Shown here in pieces: positions 1 through 9,686 of a stretch of 37,012 nt of DNA (positions within the stretch are counted from its first letter, which is position 1; every line of letters starts with the position of its first letter). Below the pieces are notes generated by a model. The model searched no databases. It saw only the letters and a program-made list of their open reading frames with translations, and was not told the origin of the DNA. Source of the stretch: Aquificaceae bacterium (lineage in GTDB: Bacteria; Aquificota; Aquificia; Aquificales; Aquificaceae); NCBI GenBank assembly GCA_037924335.1, contig JAXSMZ010000014.1:1-37012 (forward strand), in the 5' to 3' direction. The translations under genes were made by a program, and so were the position numbers.

Positions 1-84
1 AACTGTCCGAACTTAAGCCTGTGGAGAGGTGAAAAGCCTCTATGAAGCAGGAAGCTCCATCTTCTATAAGATGGAGTAGTTCAC
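1..84 (+). mobile_element. IS200/IS605-family right end (3' end of tnpB plus omegaRNA/RE hairpin), truncated by window start
   Basis: Subterminal hairpin GCTCCATCTT-CTAT-AAGATGGAGT (54-77) followed by AGTTCAC, the typical ...GAAGC..GAAGCTCC..GGAGTAGTTCAC end. Upstream hairpin AGAGG/CCTCT (25-41). GTGAA (29-33) is complementary to the terminal TTCAC (80-84), giving a pseudoknot. Frame 3 reads LSELKPVER* (3-32), resembling TnpB C-termini. Confidence 0.8.
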
Positions 85-809
85 TCTGATAGTCTATAAT
101 TTACAGGTAATTTAATAACAACTTCCACATGTGGCTTTGGGAAAAGGTGGGCTAACCTTTTTATAGTATCTACAGCGTTATTGTCCAACACATCATAACT
201 TGAGCTTCTTTCTATATGCATATTCTTTATGCTTCCATCGGCTGTAAGAACAAAGCACACCACTACTTTACCCTCCCATCCCATCCTACGGGCTATAGGC
301 GGATAGCTTATATTCTTTTGAACCAGAGAGGAAATGACAGAGAGTTTCTCTCTTAGGTAGAGCTCCTGGGCTTGTTTCTTTTCATCGTTTTTTATACCTT
401 CCTTAGTTTCCTCAGAACCCTTTCCAGACCCTGTATTGGATGAAAGGGTCTTGCCTTCCTCTTTTCGATTTTCCGATGCACCGTTTAATGCAGGTTGTAC
501 TGTATTCTGTGTTTCATCCAAAAATTTGTCCGATAGGTTCTCTTTTGGCTCTTCCTTAACTTCAGAAGTCTGTTCTTTGTTTCTTATTGCAGGAGCTAAA
601 GCAGTTTGAACTTTTCTTTCTCTTCTTTTCTCTTCTTGTACCAAACTTTTTTTCTGAACTTGTATCTCCTCCTTAGGATAGTTCAAAGTCAGGTCTATCT
701 CAATCACTCTTTTATGCTCTACCTGATTACCTAAAAAAAGAATAACAGCAAGAAAGAAGAGGATGTGGATAAAAAAGGAAGTAGTATAGGCTTTAAGTCT
801 CAGATTCAT
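81..809 (-). CDS. tonB: Energy transducer TonB
   Basis: N-terminal TM with SxxxH (SFFIHILF), charged linker, TonB_C motif YPPIARRMGWEGKVVVCF...SSSYDVLDNNA. Start placed at ATG 809 (MNLRL), just after the upstream stop. Confidence 0.88.
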   Translation of the reverse strand: MNLRLKAYTTSFFIHILFFLAVILFLGNQVEHKRVIEIDLTLNYPKEEIQVQKKSLVQEEKRRERKVQTALAPAIRNKEQTSEVKEEPKENLSDKFLDETQNTVQPALNGASENRKEEGKTLSSNTGSGKGSEETKEGIKNDEKKQAQELYLREKLSVISSLVQKNISYPPIARRMGWEGKVVVCFVLTADGSIKNMHIERSSSYDVLDNNAVDTIKRLAHLFPKPHVEVVIKLPVNYRLSE

Positions 810-810
810 C

Positions 811-2220
811 TCAATGTCCCCCGTGATGATGTTCAGGTGGAAAAGCAAGCGTTACTATAAGGGTCAAGAGAGATAGTGATAGGTAAAATACAGGTAAGGC
901 AGAGGATAGAAGAAAGATAAGTACTCTTCTTTCCTCTGTTAGCATCTGAACCCTCTTCCATAGTATGTGAAGGCTCCAGAAACCTGCAATAAAGGGGAAT
1001 ATTCTAAAAACATGAAGCCATGACTCCCCCCTCTTTGCCAGAGGCTCTACCCTTAAAGCAAAACCAAAAGCCTGAGAAAAGCCGTTAACTATGTTATGGT
1101 AGTACTCTGTGAAGAAAAACTCAAGAGCATGAGAAAGCCCACCCACTATCATAAGAGGTGCAAAGGCATAGCCAAGAGTTGTGAGAACCTCCCAGAAACC
1201 TTTCTCTAAAACTCTGGAGATAGCTTTAAAACTAAAATAGACTGTAAAAAGTACTAAAGTTAAAGCCATAAGCATAGCAACGAGGCCTGTAATATCTACA
1301 AACTTAGGCAAGTTCAAAGATCCCTGCAGATACTTTCCAACAACAACCCAAGGCATGTACTCGCTCAAGCTACTGCGTGAAAGCCCATGGTGGAATCTCA
1401 TGGTAAAGGTTATAACGGCAACAAGCAAAACATATACAGCAATTTCAATCACCTTCGGATTTTTTATGCTCTCATAAAGGGAGTATCCCCATCTCCTTAT
1501 GTCAAACCTGACCGCATCACAAACCTGTGCACACTCCATGCAAAGAGTACAGTTTAACATGCTATTCTTTTCCTCAAACTTAGAAGGGTTTAGCTCATAG
1601 GGACAGACAAGGGCGCATTGGGGCTTTTTACAGCCTTTGCATTCCTCCTGGTAGGTAGAAAGCCATGTAAAGGATGCCCTTGAAAAGGCAGTGTTTACTG
1701 AGCCTATAGGGCATATGTATTTACAGTAAGCCATACCTCTAAAGAGAAAGAAGAAAAGCATAGAAAGGAAGGTAAAGAAGAGGAAGAAGCTTGCAGTGGC
1801 AAGTGGATGTCTGAAAAATCCTGGAAAGGTATACAAAACAAACCAGTAGGCTATTATGTTGGAACCTATAAAGCCTATGTAAGGATTAGAAAGCCGTTTG
1901 GGTGGTCTCAGCCTTAAGCCAAATCTGGTTATATATCTTCCTAGGAACCCATGGGGGCAAACCATACAGAAGATACTCCCTAAAGTAGGGAGGCTTATGG
2001 TCATAAAGAAGGGCCAGAAGATGGACCAAAAGACCGCCTTGGTAAAGATGTTATCCTTGGTTGGGTTTATGAAGCCGTAAGCTATGGCATATAGGAGAAG
2101 GAAGAGAGTAAAGAGTCTGTAGAAGGTTAGCATGTATCTGTTTTTGAAGAGAAAGGCAAGGATGGGTATGCCAAAGATGTCTGTGTTGGCTCTTTGTTTG
2201 ATAAGTGTAAGCATCCTCAT
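811..2220 (-). CDS. Polytopic membrane protein with 4Fe-4S-binding motifs (Fer4_5/YccM-NosR-NapH-like polyferredoxin)
   Basis: CMVCPHG and CKYICPIG (CxxxCP/CxxCP motifs), CKGCKKPQCALVCP and CTLCMECAQVC ferredoxin motifs, many TM segments, C-terminal HHHGGH. SD GGAGG upstream. Confidence 0.85.
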   Translation of the reverse strand: MRMLTLIKQRANTDIFGIPILAFLFKNRYMLTFYRLFTLFLLLYAIAYGFINPTKDNIFTKAVFWSIFWPFFMTISLPTLGSIFCMVCPHGFLGRYITRFGLRLRPPKRLSNPYIGFIGSNIIAYWFVLYTFPGFFRHPLATASFFLFFTFLSMLFFFLFRGMAYCKYICPIGSVNTAFSRASFTWLSTYQEECKGCKKPQCALVCPYELNPSKFEEKNSMLNCTLCMECAQVCDAVRFDIRRWGYSLYESIKNPKVIEIAVYVLLVAVITFTMRFHHGLSRSSLSEYMPWVVVGKYLQGSLNLPKFVDITGLVAMLMALTLVLFTVYFSFKAISRVLEKGFWEVLTTLGYAFAPLMIVGGLSHALEFFFTEYYHNIVNGFSQAFGFALRVEPLAKRGESWLHVFRIFPFIAGFWSLHILWKRVQMLTEERRVLIFLLSSALPVFYLSLSLLTLIVTLAFPPEHHHGGH

Positions 2221-2231
2221 GACTCACCTCC

Positions 2232-4331
2232 TTAAAAGCTGTAAGTCAGCCTGACAAGGAATGTCCTCGGTGGTGCTGGAGTGTATCTTTTTACACCAGT
2301 TGTGTCTTTTGTGACCTCGTTGGCATACTTTTTGTCAAAGAGATTGCTGACCATAAGGGCAAGATCTAAGTTTTTCCTCTGATATCCTAGTGTGGTACTT
2401 GTTAAAAACTCATAACCTTTATATTTTTCACTGTTGGCATTGTCTATATAGTACTCCCCCCATGTGTCAGATTGCACCAAAAACCTAAAGCCTGAAGGGT
2501 GCCTGTAGGAGACAAACATAGAATATTGATGTATAGGTATGTAAGGTAGCCTGTTTCCATTCCTGCTTACATTCACACTTTGATTTCCTATCTTTACTAT
2601 CTCAAAAAACTCCTTAAACTTATAGTCCGAGTAGGTATAAGAGAGTCCCAAGCTAAAATTTTCAAAAAGTTCATAAGATGTGGAAATTTCAAAGCCTTTC
2701 TTTTCTGTCTTACCAGCATTTGTAAACTGTGTATACCCATCGGGTTGTATAACCCTTACCACTTCATCTTTAACATCCATTAAATAAAGGGCTGTGTCTA
2801 AGGAAAGCTTTTTGTGTCTTACCTTAAAGCCCGTTTCGTAGTTTATAACTTTTGTAAGCTTTAGGTTTGGATTGGAAGAAAGCTCACTACTGGAGGGTGT
2901 ATTTGCTCCTGTTGCCACTGTTGCATAAAGGTTTATCCAAGGTGCAAGCTTATAAAGCAAGCCTGCCCTTGGGCTCACCACCGTATAGGTCTTTTCCCTT
3001 TTGTAAGAGAAGCAGTTTTCTATCTGTGAGTTTGGACAGGACGTATAGTCGCCAGCAGAGAAGGAATAGTCTCCCCACTTATACCCGCTTATATCAAACT
3101 TGACCTTATCTGCCCTTGCACCTATGTCCAATATCCACTTATTCTTCTGAAAGGACTCCTGAAGGAAGACACCCATAAGGGTTGTCTTTTGATTTTGCCT
3201 TTCCAGTAGGTCCCCCCTGTTATCTGAAAGGGTGCTAACTATCCTACCGCTTACAACCTTAACATCCTTGTACTTGAAATAATCGGTGTCTTGGTCATCA
3301 TGTCTGATAGTAATGCCACCGGTAAGTATGCCCAAGTTATGCCTGTAGTTTGTCTGAAGGTCAAAGCCGTATACCCAAGTGTCCGCATCGTTTATCCTGC
3401 CAGTTACAGGGTGGTAGTGTTGCCAATGGTTTAAGTAGACCAAAGGTATAAGCTCAAGGCTTCCTACGTTCTTTGTAAGCTTTGAACTAAGGAAGAAGAT
3501 CTCTGAATATCTTCCCATATGCTTCCAAGGGTCTGCAGTTTGAGATGCCCTTCCAGTTTTCAAAAGCTGGGACCATTGATCTATGTTCCTTTTTGGATCC
3601 ACTACAAGAGACCCAGGAAGCTGTAGACTTGCTTTTGTGTAGCTTATATAGTTTTCCCATGTGTCTCCGTTTTCAAAGAGGTAAGAAGGCTGAAAGGTTA
3701 TCTGATTTGTCCAGAATTTGTTCCAAGGTCTCCAAGAGTTATCCGTCTGTCTTCTGCTTGCATTAAAGCCAATATAAAAACCCTTTCCTAAAGGAGTAGA
3801 ATAGTAAAGGTTATGGTTTTGAGAGTTAAAATCGCCAAAGCCAAGCCTTATGAAACCACCCTTCCTTTCAAAGGGGCTTCTTGTTATAACGTTTATCACA
3901 CCACCCGCAGAGTTTACACCCCATAGGGTAGAGTTAGGTCCTTTTACCACCTCAACCCTCTCTATCAAGGATGTATCAACAAAGTCAAGCCTTGTCAAAC
4001 TATCTGGGTCTGTTATTGGAACACCGTTTAAAAGCACCATTATTTCTCTGACCCCATATGGAGCCTTAAGCCCCGCACCCCTTATTATCAGCCTTGTATC
4101 ATAGCCTTGATTTCTTGAGGTGATGTTTACACCAGGAGTTCCAGAAAGGGCATCCTGAAGGTTGAACATGGGCGTTTGACCTATCTTCTCTTTTCCTATC
4201 ACAGTCACGCTTGCCGGCACATCCTTTGTTTCCCTTTCTGTCCTTGTGGCTGTAACACTAACCTCTGGAAGCTCCTCAGCAAAGGTTAAATTAAAGAGAG
4301 CCACTCCGACTATTCCCACCGTGCGCTTCAT
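2232..4331 (-). CDS. TonB-dependent outer-membrane receptor
   Basis: Signal peptide, TonB box (EVSVTATR), plug motif IERVEVVKGPNSTLWG...GGVINVIT, NLFDKKY, terminal aromatic YSF. SD AGGAGG. Confidence 0.95.
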   Translation of the reverse strand: MKRTVGIVGVALFNLTFAEELPEVSVTATRTERETKDVPASVTVIGKEKIGQTPMFNLQDALSGTPGVNITSRNQGYDTRLIIRGAGLKAPYGVREIMVLLNGVPITDPDSLTRLDFVDTSLIERVEVVKGPNSTLWGVNSAGGVINVITRSPFERKGGFIRLGFGDFNSQNHNLYYSTPLGKGFYIGFNASRRQTDNSWRPWNKFWTNQITFQPSYLFENGDTWENYISYTKASLQLPGSLVVDPKRNIDQWSQLLKTGRASQTADPWKHMGRYSEIFFLSSKLTKNVGSLELIPLVYLNHWQHYHPVTGRINDADTWVYGFDLQTNYRHNLGILTGGITIRHDDQDTDYFKYKDVKVVSGRIVSTLSDNRGDLLERQNQKTTLMGVFLQESFQKNKWILDIGARADKVKFDISGYKWGDYSFSAGDYTSCPNSQIENCFSYKREKTYTVVSPRAGLLYKLAPWINLYATVATGANTPSSSELSSNPNLKLTKVINYETGFKVRHKKLSLDTALYLMDVKDEVVRVIQPDGYTQFTNAGKTEKKGFEISTSYELFENFSLGLSYTYSDYKFKEFFEIVKIGNQSVNVSRNGNRLPYIPIHQYSMFVSYRHPSGFRFLVQSDTWGEYYIDNANSEKYKGYEFLTSTTLGYQRKNLDLALMVSNLFDKKYANEVTKDTTGVKRYTPAPPRTFLVRLTYSF

Positions 4332-4344
4332 TGTTAGCCTCCTT

Positions 4345-4397
4345 GTAATTTAACGTAATTTAAAGTTATTATATCGTAAAATGAAAACTCATATTAA
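4345..4397 (-). promoter_or_regulatory. Promoter region of the TBDR operon (-10 TATAAT at 4373-4368) with direct repeats and a weak Fur-like box
   Basis: ATTATA at 4368-4373 reads TATAAT on the minus strand. GTAATTTAA is repeated at 4345-4353 and 4355-4363. 4377-4395 matches 11/19 of GATAATGATAATCATTATC. Confidence 0.45.
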
Positions 4398-4428
4398 CAT
4401 AAATGAGAAAGGTGTTAAAATTAAAAAG

Positions 4429-5145
4429 ATGCTCATAGCCAAAGGAATAAAGAAGAGTTTTAAAGAAAGAAGGGTCCTGGACGGTGTAGACTTGGCCATA
4501 GATAGGGAAGAGGTTGTTGGTTTGCTTGGTCCTAACGGTGCTGGTAAAACTACACTCTTTAACTGCCTCATTGGTTTTATATCCGTTGATGAGGGTACTA
4601 TAAAACTTGGCGAAAAAGACATAACCCATATGCCACCTCACAGAAGAGCAAAAGAGGGTATAGTTTTTTTACCCCAAGAGCATACTCTCTTTGATGACCT
4701 GAGCCTTTTGGAAAACCTTCTTATTTTCCTTGAGTTCTTTGAAGATAGCAAGGAATCAAGGTATGCAAGGGCTGAGGAACTTCTTGCAGACTTTGGTCTC
4801 TATGAGATAAAGGATATGAAGGCTGGGCAGATATCTGGCGGTCAGAAAAGAAGGCTTGAAATAGCAAGGTCTATGATACCAAAGCCTAAGTACATACTTC
4901 TTGATGAACCTTTTGCTGGTGTAGACCCTATACTGGTGGCTGATATAAGGTCAATGATCGCTGGACTTAAGTCTCAAGGAATAGGTATCTTGATAACAGA
5001 CCATAATGTGAGAGAAACGATAAGGATAGTGGACAGGGTTTACATAATATACGACGGGAAAATAATTGCAGAGGGCAAACCCGATGAGGTGATTCTAAAC
5101 AGAGATGTGAGGACCATGTACTTAGGTAAAGATTTTTCCCTTTAG
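4429..5145 (+). CDS. lptB: LPS export ABC transporter ATP-binding protein
   Basis: GLLGPNGAGKTT, LPQE, SGGQKRRLEIAR, LLDEPFAGVDP, GILITDHNVRET, C-terminal YLGxDF. Start at MLIAK, 7 nt after extended -10 TGtTAAAAT (4413-4421). Confidence 0.93.
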   Translation: MLIAKGIKKSFKERRVLDGVDLAIDREEVVGLLGPNGAGKTTLFNCLIGFISVDEGTIKLGEKDITHMPPHRRAKEGIVFLPQEHTLFDDLSLLENLLIFLEFFEDSKESRYARAEELLADFGLYEIKDMKAGQISGGQKRRLEIARSMIPKPKYILLDEPFAGVDPILVADIRSMIAGLKSQGIGILITDHNVRETIRIVDRVYIIYDGKIIAEGKPDEVILNRDVRTMYLGKDFSL

Positions 5146-6243
5146 GAAGGTTGCACTAAAAAAGAGGAGCCAAAGAAGTAAATAGGGAAGAGATGAGAAA
5201 TAGGAAAACACGCCACCCATTGCATCGCATAAAGCCATCCAAAAAACGCTCATTGGCACAAAAGGAAAGACCCTTTTGACCAACCTTTCATCAACAAAGT
5301 CTTTTATGCTTGCGTTTATCCCCTCTGATTGCTTCCATCCATAAACTATCCGTGGAAGGAGGTGAGCCAACCCACCCATGACAGTTATGGATGTAAAACC
5401 ATAAACCAAAAGGTCCACGTGTACGTTCACCAAGAAAGATACTAAGTTTTTGCTTGCCATCAAAATCCCCGTAAGCATGCCAAAGGGTAAAAAGACCATA
5501 GCCAGCAGAAAGTACCTGACAACTAAGGGTATCTCTTTTGGCATCCGTCTCTCAGAAAAAAGTGTGTAAAGGGTCCAAAGAAAGTAAGCCACAAGGGATA
5601 CAGGTAAGAAACTGACCAGAGAGATAAGTTGATAGTTCATAGCGTAGAAGGTAAAAAGAAAGGGAGGCAATGCTATAAGGTTCATATAGAAAAGTCTTTT
5701 GGCATGCTTTACGTTGAGAGGTTCCATGTAAAGCATAGGTATCCAAGCGAGCTGGGTCCCCATAACTACGTTTAGCATAAATCCTAAGGTGTTGGTATGA
5801 ATGGCCAAAGCTAAGGGGATGTATCCCATCTCAGACAGGACTAAGAAGATGGAAGAGGTAAAAAAGTAAAGCGTCCCAAGCCCTAAAAACTTTACCGTTA
5901 TTGGCTGCCAGTTTCTTATGGAGAAGAGTATGTGCAAAGAAAAAACAAGTGAGGTCAAAGCGTAAAGGTAGCTTGCGTAAAGAGTCCATCCTATATAAAA
6001 GAGTAAGGAGCAGATAAAACTGAAGAGAAACACCAAGTAAGATAGGTATGAAAATTTTAGAGCTTTACCTTGAGAATTGGGAACTATCTGATACATGGCG
6101 GACATTATGGTGTGAGCTATAAAACCAAAAACAGCTATCGTCCAAGCGAGCTTTGAATCTAATGGCTTGTAAAAGAGAGATGCAAGAAGGTCTATCAGTG
6201 CCAACGTAAAGAAGAAAGGACTTACCTTTGAAACGTAGTACAT
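5122..6243 (-). CDS. Multi-pass membrane protein, NnrS-like (repeated H..xGF....xxG...xP motif)
   Basis: About 12 hydrophobic segments. Repeats FGFIAHTIMSAMYQIVP, HTNTLGFMLNVVMGTQLAWIP and HVDLLVYGFTSITVMGGLAHLLP. Confidence 0.55.
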   Translation of the reverse strand: MYYVSKVSPFFFTLALIDLLASLFYKPLDSKLAWTIAVFGFIAHTIMSAMYQIVPNSQGKALKFSYLSYLVFLFSFICSLLFYIGWTLYASYLYALTSLVFSLHILFSIRNWQPITVKFLGLGTLYFFTSSIFLVLSEMGYIPLALAIHTNTLGFMLNVVMGTQLAWIPMLYMEPLNVKHAKRLFYMNLIALPPFLFTFYAMNYQLISLVSFLPVSLVAYFLWTLYTLFSERRMPKEIPLVVRYFLLAMVFLPFGMLTGILMASKNLVSFLVNVHVDLLVYGFTSITVMGGLAHLLPRIVYGWKQSEGINASIKDFVDERLVKRVFPFVPMSVFWMALCDAMGGVFSYFSSLPYLLLWLLFFSATFLKGKIFT

Positions 6244-6250
6244 GCTTTTA

Positions 6251-6279
6251 ATAGTAAGTAATTATTTATGTATTGTCAA
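6251..6279 (-). promoter_or_regulatory. Sigma70-type promoter TTGACA-17-TACTAT, probably giving a leaderless mRNA
   Basis: TTGACA at 6279-6274, 17-nt spacer, TACTAT at 6256-6251, 7 nt before ATG 6243. No SD. Confidence 0.75.
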
Positions 6280-6289
6280 GGGATAAGGG

Positions 6290-6319
6290 CTGCTGTGTCA
6301 AAAATATTTTTCATAGCAG
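6290..6319. repeat. Imperfect inverted repeat downstream of uvrA (terminator or operator)
   Basis: CTGCTGTG-tc-AAAAATATTTTT-CATAGCAG. Confidence 0.45.
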
Positions 6320-6333
6320 ATGGTGGTTTATCT

Positions 6334-9135
6334 TTACACACCCTGGGTCTTAAAATTTAACATCCTTTCTAAATACCTTCTAAGATAGACCCCAGTGTAA
6401 GAATCTCCATTTTTCATTATATCTTCTGGTGTTCCAGTGGCCACTATGTAGCCACCTCCATCTCCACCATCTGGCCCAAGGTCTATTATCCAGTCAGCAC
6501 ACTTTATCACATCCATGTTATGCTCTATAACAACAACTGTGTTCCCTTTATCAACCAACCTTTGAAGCACGTCTATAAGCTTTTTTACATCATCCATATG
6601 AAGGCCTGTGGTTGGTTCATCCAAAAGGTAAAGTGTTCTGCCTGTGTCCTTCTTTGACAGCTCTCTTGTAAGCTTTATCCTCTGAGCTTCACCACCAGAG
6701 AGCGTCGTAGCTGGCTGACCAAGCTTTATGTACCCAAGCCCCACATCCTTTAGAAGTTCCAACTTTCTTCTTATGGCAGTATGATGATAAAAGAACTCAT
6801 GAGCCTCATCTACTGTCATATCAAGCACCTGTGCTATATTCTTACCTTTGTAAAGTATATCAAGGGTTTCTCTGTTGTACCTCTTTCCTTTGCAAACATC
6901 GCACGTTACGTAAACAGGCGGAAGAAAGTGCATCTCTACCTTTATAACGCCCTCCCCTTGGCATGCTTCACACCTTCCACCCTTTACGTTAAAGGAAAAC
7001 CTACCTGCACTGTAGCCTCTGGCTCTTGCCTCTTCAGTGCTTGAAAAGAGATCTCTAATAAGGTCAAAGACTTTTGTGTATGTTGCTGCGTTGCTTCTTG
7101 GAGTTCTACCTATAGGGGACTGGTCTATGTTTATAACCTTATCTATATGCTCCAAACCTTCTATCCTTTCAAACCCATTCACCGGTGCGTTGCCACTGTA
7201 AAAGAGGGACCTGGTGTAAGACCAAAGTATGTCATAAAGTAGTGTGGATTTACCGCTTCCGGAAACTCCAGTTATGCACACAAAGAGGTTAAGAGGTATT
7301 TCTACCGTTATACCCTTTAGGTTATGCTTTCTTGCCTTCACTATCCTTATCCATTTTCCCTTAGGTGTTCTCCTCTTTTCAGGCATGCTGATGGAGAGTC
7401 TTCCAGATATGTAGGCACCGGTAAGAGAATTTGACTCTTTTATAATGTCTTCAACAGTACCTTGAGCCACAATAGTTCCTCCTTCTTTTCCTGCTCCTGG
7501 ACCCATATCTATGATCCAATCTGCAGCTTCTATGGTTTCCGGGTCATGCTCAACTACTATGACAGTGTTGCCAAGGTCTCTAAGACTTTTTAAAGTTTTT
7601 ATGAGCTTGTGAGTGTCTCTCGGATGGAGGCCTATGGATGGCTCATCCAAAACGTATATTATTCCTGTTAGCTTGGACCCTATCTGAGTTGCTAACCTTA
7701 TCCTCTGCATCTCACCGCCAGAAAGGGATGTGGCACTCCTTGCAAGGTCAAGATAATCAAGCCCCACATCCAAAAGAAAGCCAAGCCTCTCTTTTATCTC
7801 CTTTAGGAGTTTTTCAGCCACAAGGTATTCCTTTCCGCTTAAACTATTAGAAAGCTCCACAAAGAAGTTCATTGCCTGTCTTATCTGCATACGGCAAACT
7901 TCCCATATGTTTCTTTCACTAACTAAGACAGCGAGAGCTTCATCTTTCAACCTTGCCCCCCTACATGAAGGGCATGGCATCTCCCTTATGTACTCTCCTA
8001 TCTCTTCCCTTATCTTTTCAGCATCTTCCTCCATAAACCTTCTTTCAAGATGCTTTACTATACCTTCAAAGCTTGCACCTTTTACCGTTCCACCGTATAG
8101 AAGTAAGTTTTTTACAGAATCTGGCAGGTTCTTGTACACGGTCCTCGCATCATATCCCAAGGTCCTAAGAAGGTTGGAAATGGGATATTTAAGGTAGTTA
8201 AAGAGCCCGGAGGCTGTTATTTTGAAAGCATCGATAACCGGTTCATCCTCGTCCACAAGCAGCCCAGTATCCACCTCCCACCTTACACCGAGACCTTTAC
8301 AGACTCCACATGCTCCATAGGGAGAGTTAAAAGAAAAGAGTCTGGGGGAAAGCTCTTGTATGGAAAAACCATGCTCTGGACACGTAAGCCTCTCGCTGAA
8401 AACATCCTCTATATTTTCATCCACATCCTGAACAACCAAAAGACCCTTAGAAAGCTCAAGGGCTTTTTCTATTGCAGTTAAAAGCCTTGCCCTCTCTTCA
8501 GGTTCAAGCAAAAGCCTGTCTATGACAACTTCTATGTTATGCTTCTTGTTCTTCTCAAGGGGTGGAACATCTATGACTCTTTTGTACTCACTATCTACTC
8601 TGACTCTTGAAAATCCCATGTTGTATATATCTTTCATGACTTCCTTGAACTCTCCCTTTTTACCCCTTACTAGGGGCGAGAGTACAGTTATCCTTTTTCC
8701 CTGATGCCTATCCCAAACCTTTTCGAGCATCTCGTGCGCCGAGAGCCCCTCTAAAAGCCTTCCACACGTTGGACAATGAGGCTTTCCTATGTTTGCCCAA
8801 AGCACTCTCATATAATCGTATATCTCTGTAACTGTACCAACAGTAGAGCGTGGATTCTTTGACGTGGTCTTTTGGTCTATGGCTATTGATGGGGAGAGGC
8901 CTTCCATAACATCCACATCAGGCTTTTCCATCACACCCAAAAACTGCCTTGCATAAGAGGAGAGAGACTCTACAAACCTTCTCTGTCCCTCTGCATAGAT
9001 GGTATCAAAGGCAAGGGAAGACTTACCACTACCGGAAGGGCCAGTTATAACAACAAGCTTGTTTTTTGGTACATCTACATCTATGTTCTTTAGGTTATGC
9101 TGCCGAGCTCCTCTTATTACTATCCTATCGTACAT
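6334..9135 (-). CDS. uvrA: Excinuclease ABC subunit A
   Basis: [13 protein letters not shown], two Walker A motifs ([18 protein letters not shown]), zinc fingers, LSGGE, LDEP. True start is MYDRI at 9135; the longer ORF start overlaps the tRNA. Confidence 0.98.
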   Translation of the reverse strand: MYDRIVIRGARQHNLKNIDVDVPKNKLVVITGPSGSGKSSLAFDTIYAEGQRRFVESLSSYARQFLGVMEKPDVDVMEGLSPSIAIDQKTTSKNPRSTVGTVTEIYDYMRVLWANIGKPHCPTCGRLLEGLSAHEMLEKVWDRHQGKRITVLSPLVRGKKGEFKEVMKDIYNMGFSRVRVDSEYKRVIDVPPLEKNKKHNIEVVIDRLLLEPEERARLLTAIEKALELSKGLLVVQDVDENIEDVFSERLTCPEHGFSIQELSPRLFSFNSPYGACGVCKGLGVRWEVDTGLLVDEDEPVIDAFKITASGLFNYLKYPISNLLRTLGYDARTVYKNLPDSVKNLLLYGGTVKGASFEGIVKHLERRFMEEDAEKIREEIGEYIREMPCPSCRGARLKDEALAVLVSERNIWEVCRMQIRQAMNFFVELSNSLSGKEYLVAEKLLKEIKERLGFLLDVGLDYLDLARSATSLSGGEMQRIRLATQIGSKLTGIIYVLDEPSIGLHPRDTHKLIKTLKSLRDLGNTVIVVEHDPETIEAADWIIDMGPGAGKEGGTIVAQGTVEDIIKESNSLTGAYISGRLSISMPEKRRTPKGKWIRIVKARKHNLKGITVEIPLNLFVCITGVSGSGKSTLLYDILWSYTRSLFYSGNAPVNGFERIEGLEHIDKVINIDQSPIGRTPRSNAATYTKVFDLIRDLFSSTEEARARGYSAGRFSFNVKGGRCEACQGEGVIKVEMHFLPPVYVTCDVCKGKRYNRETLDILYKGKNIAQVLDMTVDEAHEFFYHHTAIRRKLELLKDVGLGYIKLGQPATTLSGGEAQRIKLTRELSKKDTGRTLYLLDEPTTGLHMDDVKKLIDVLQRLVDKGNTVVVIEHNMDVIKCADWIIDLGPDGGDGGGYIVATGTPEDIMKNGDSYTGVYLRRYLERMLNFKTQGV

Positions 9136-9141
9136 GTTCTG

Positions 9142-9232
<91 letters not shown>

Positions 9233-9301
9233 TTATTAATAAATTATAAGCCGGAGTTGAGTGGTTCGATGATAATTGGTTTCGTTTTATAATTATCAAA
9301 C

Positions 9302-9676
9302 ATGAACCTTTTATTTTTTCTTTTAATCCTTCTGAGTTTTTCTCATGGCGGTGATGTTGAGAGCATAATGAAGAAGGATGTTTTTCCTATGCTTTCTGGA
9401 AAGGCAAAGGCAGGCAAGGAGATTTTTGGATACGTAAAGGTTGGCGGCAAAGGATATGTCTTTTATGAAGACGGCGGAAAACTTAAAAAGGAGCCTTTTG
9501 GTCAAATATTGGATATAAGAAGAGGGAAGATGTACATAAAGGGGGATAAAGGAATAGAATCTGTAAAGTTTAAATTTGCGAGAAGGTCTTCTGGAAAGGA
9601 GCAAAGGCAAGAGACCCTAAGTGCACCACCCCCCCTGAAAGAACTGCTTGATAGTAAACCATCGGGTGGGTTTTAG
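9302..9676 (+). CDS. Hypothetical exported protein
   Basis: Signal-peptide-like N-terminus, TATAAT at 9288-9293, directly upstream of nfi on the same strand. Confidence 0.65.
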   Translation: MNLLFFLLILLSFSHGGDVESIMKKDVFPMLSGKAKAGKEIFGYVKVGGKGYVFYEDGGKLKKEPFGQILDIRRGKMYIKGDKGIESVKFKFARRSSGKEQRQETLSAPPPLKELLDSKPSGGF

Positions 9677-9686
9677 ATAAGGTCTT

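Noticed and set aside
54..77. Rho-independent terminator for tonB
   Set aside because: Better explained as the IS605 right-end hairpin given the GTAGTTCAC end and pseudoknot. There is no U-tract, though incidental terminator function is possible.
9245..9272. tRNA-like fragment ATAAGCCGGAGTTGAGTGGTTCGAT
   Set aside because: Contains a GGTTCGA motif but no closing T-stem or acceptor stem, and is too short to call a tRNA remnant or att site.
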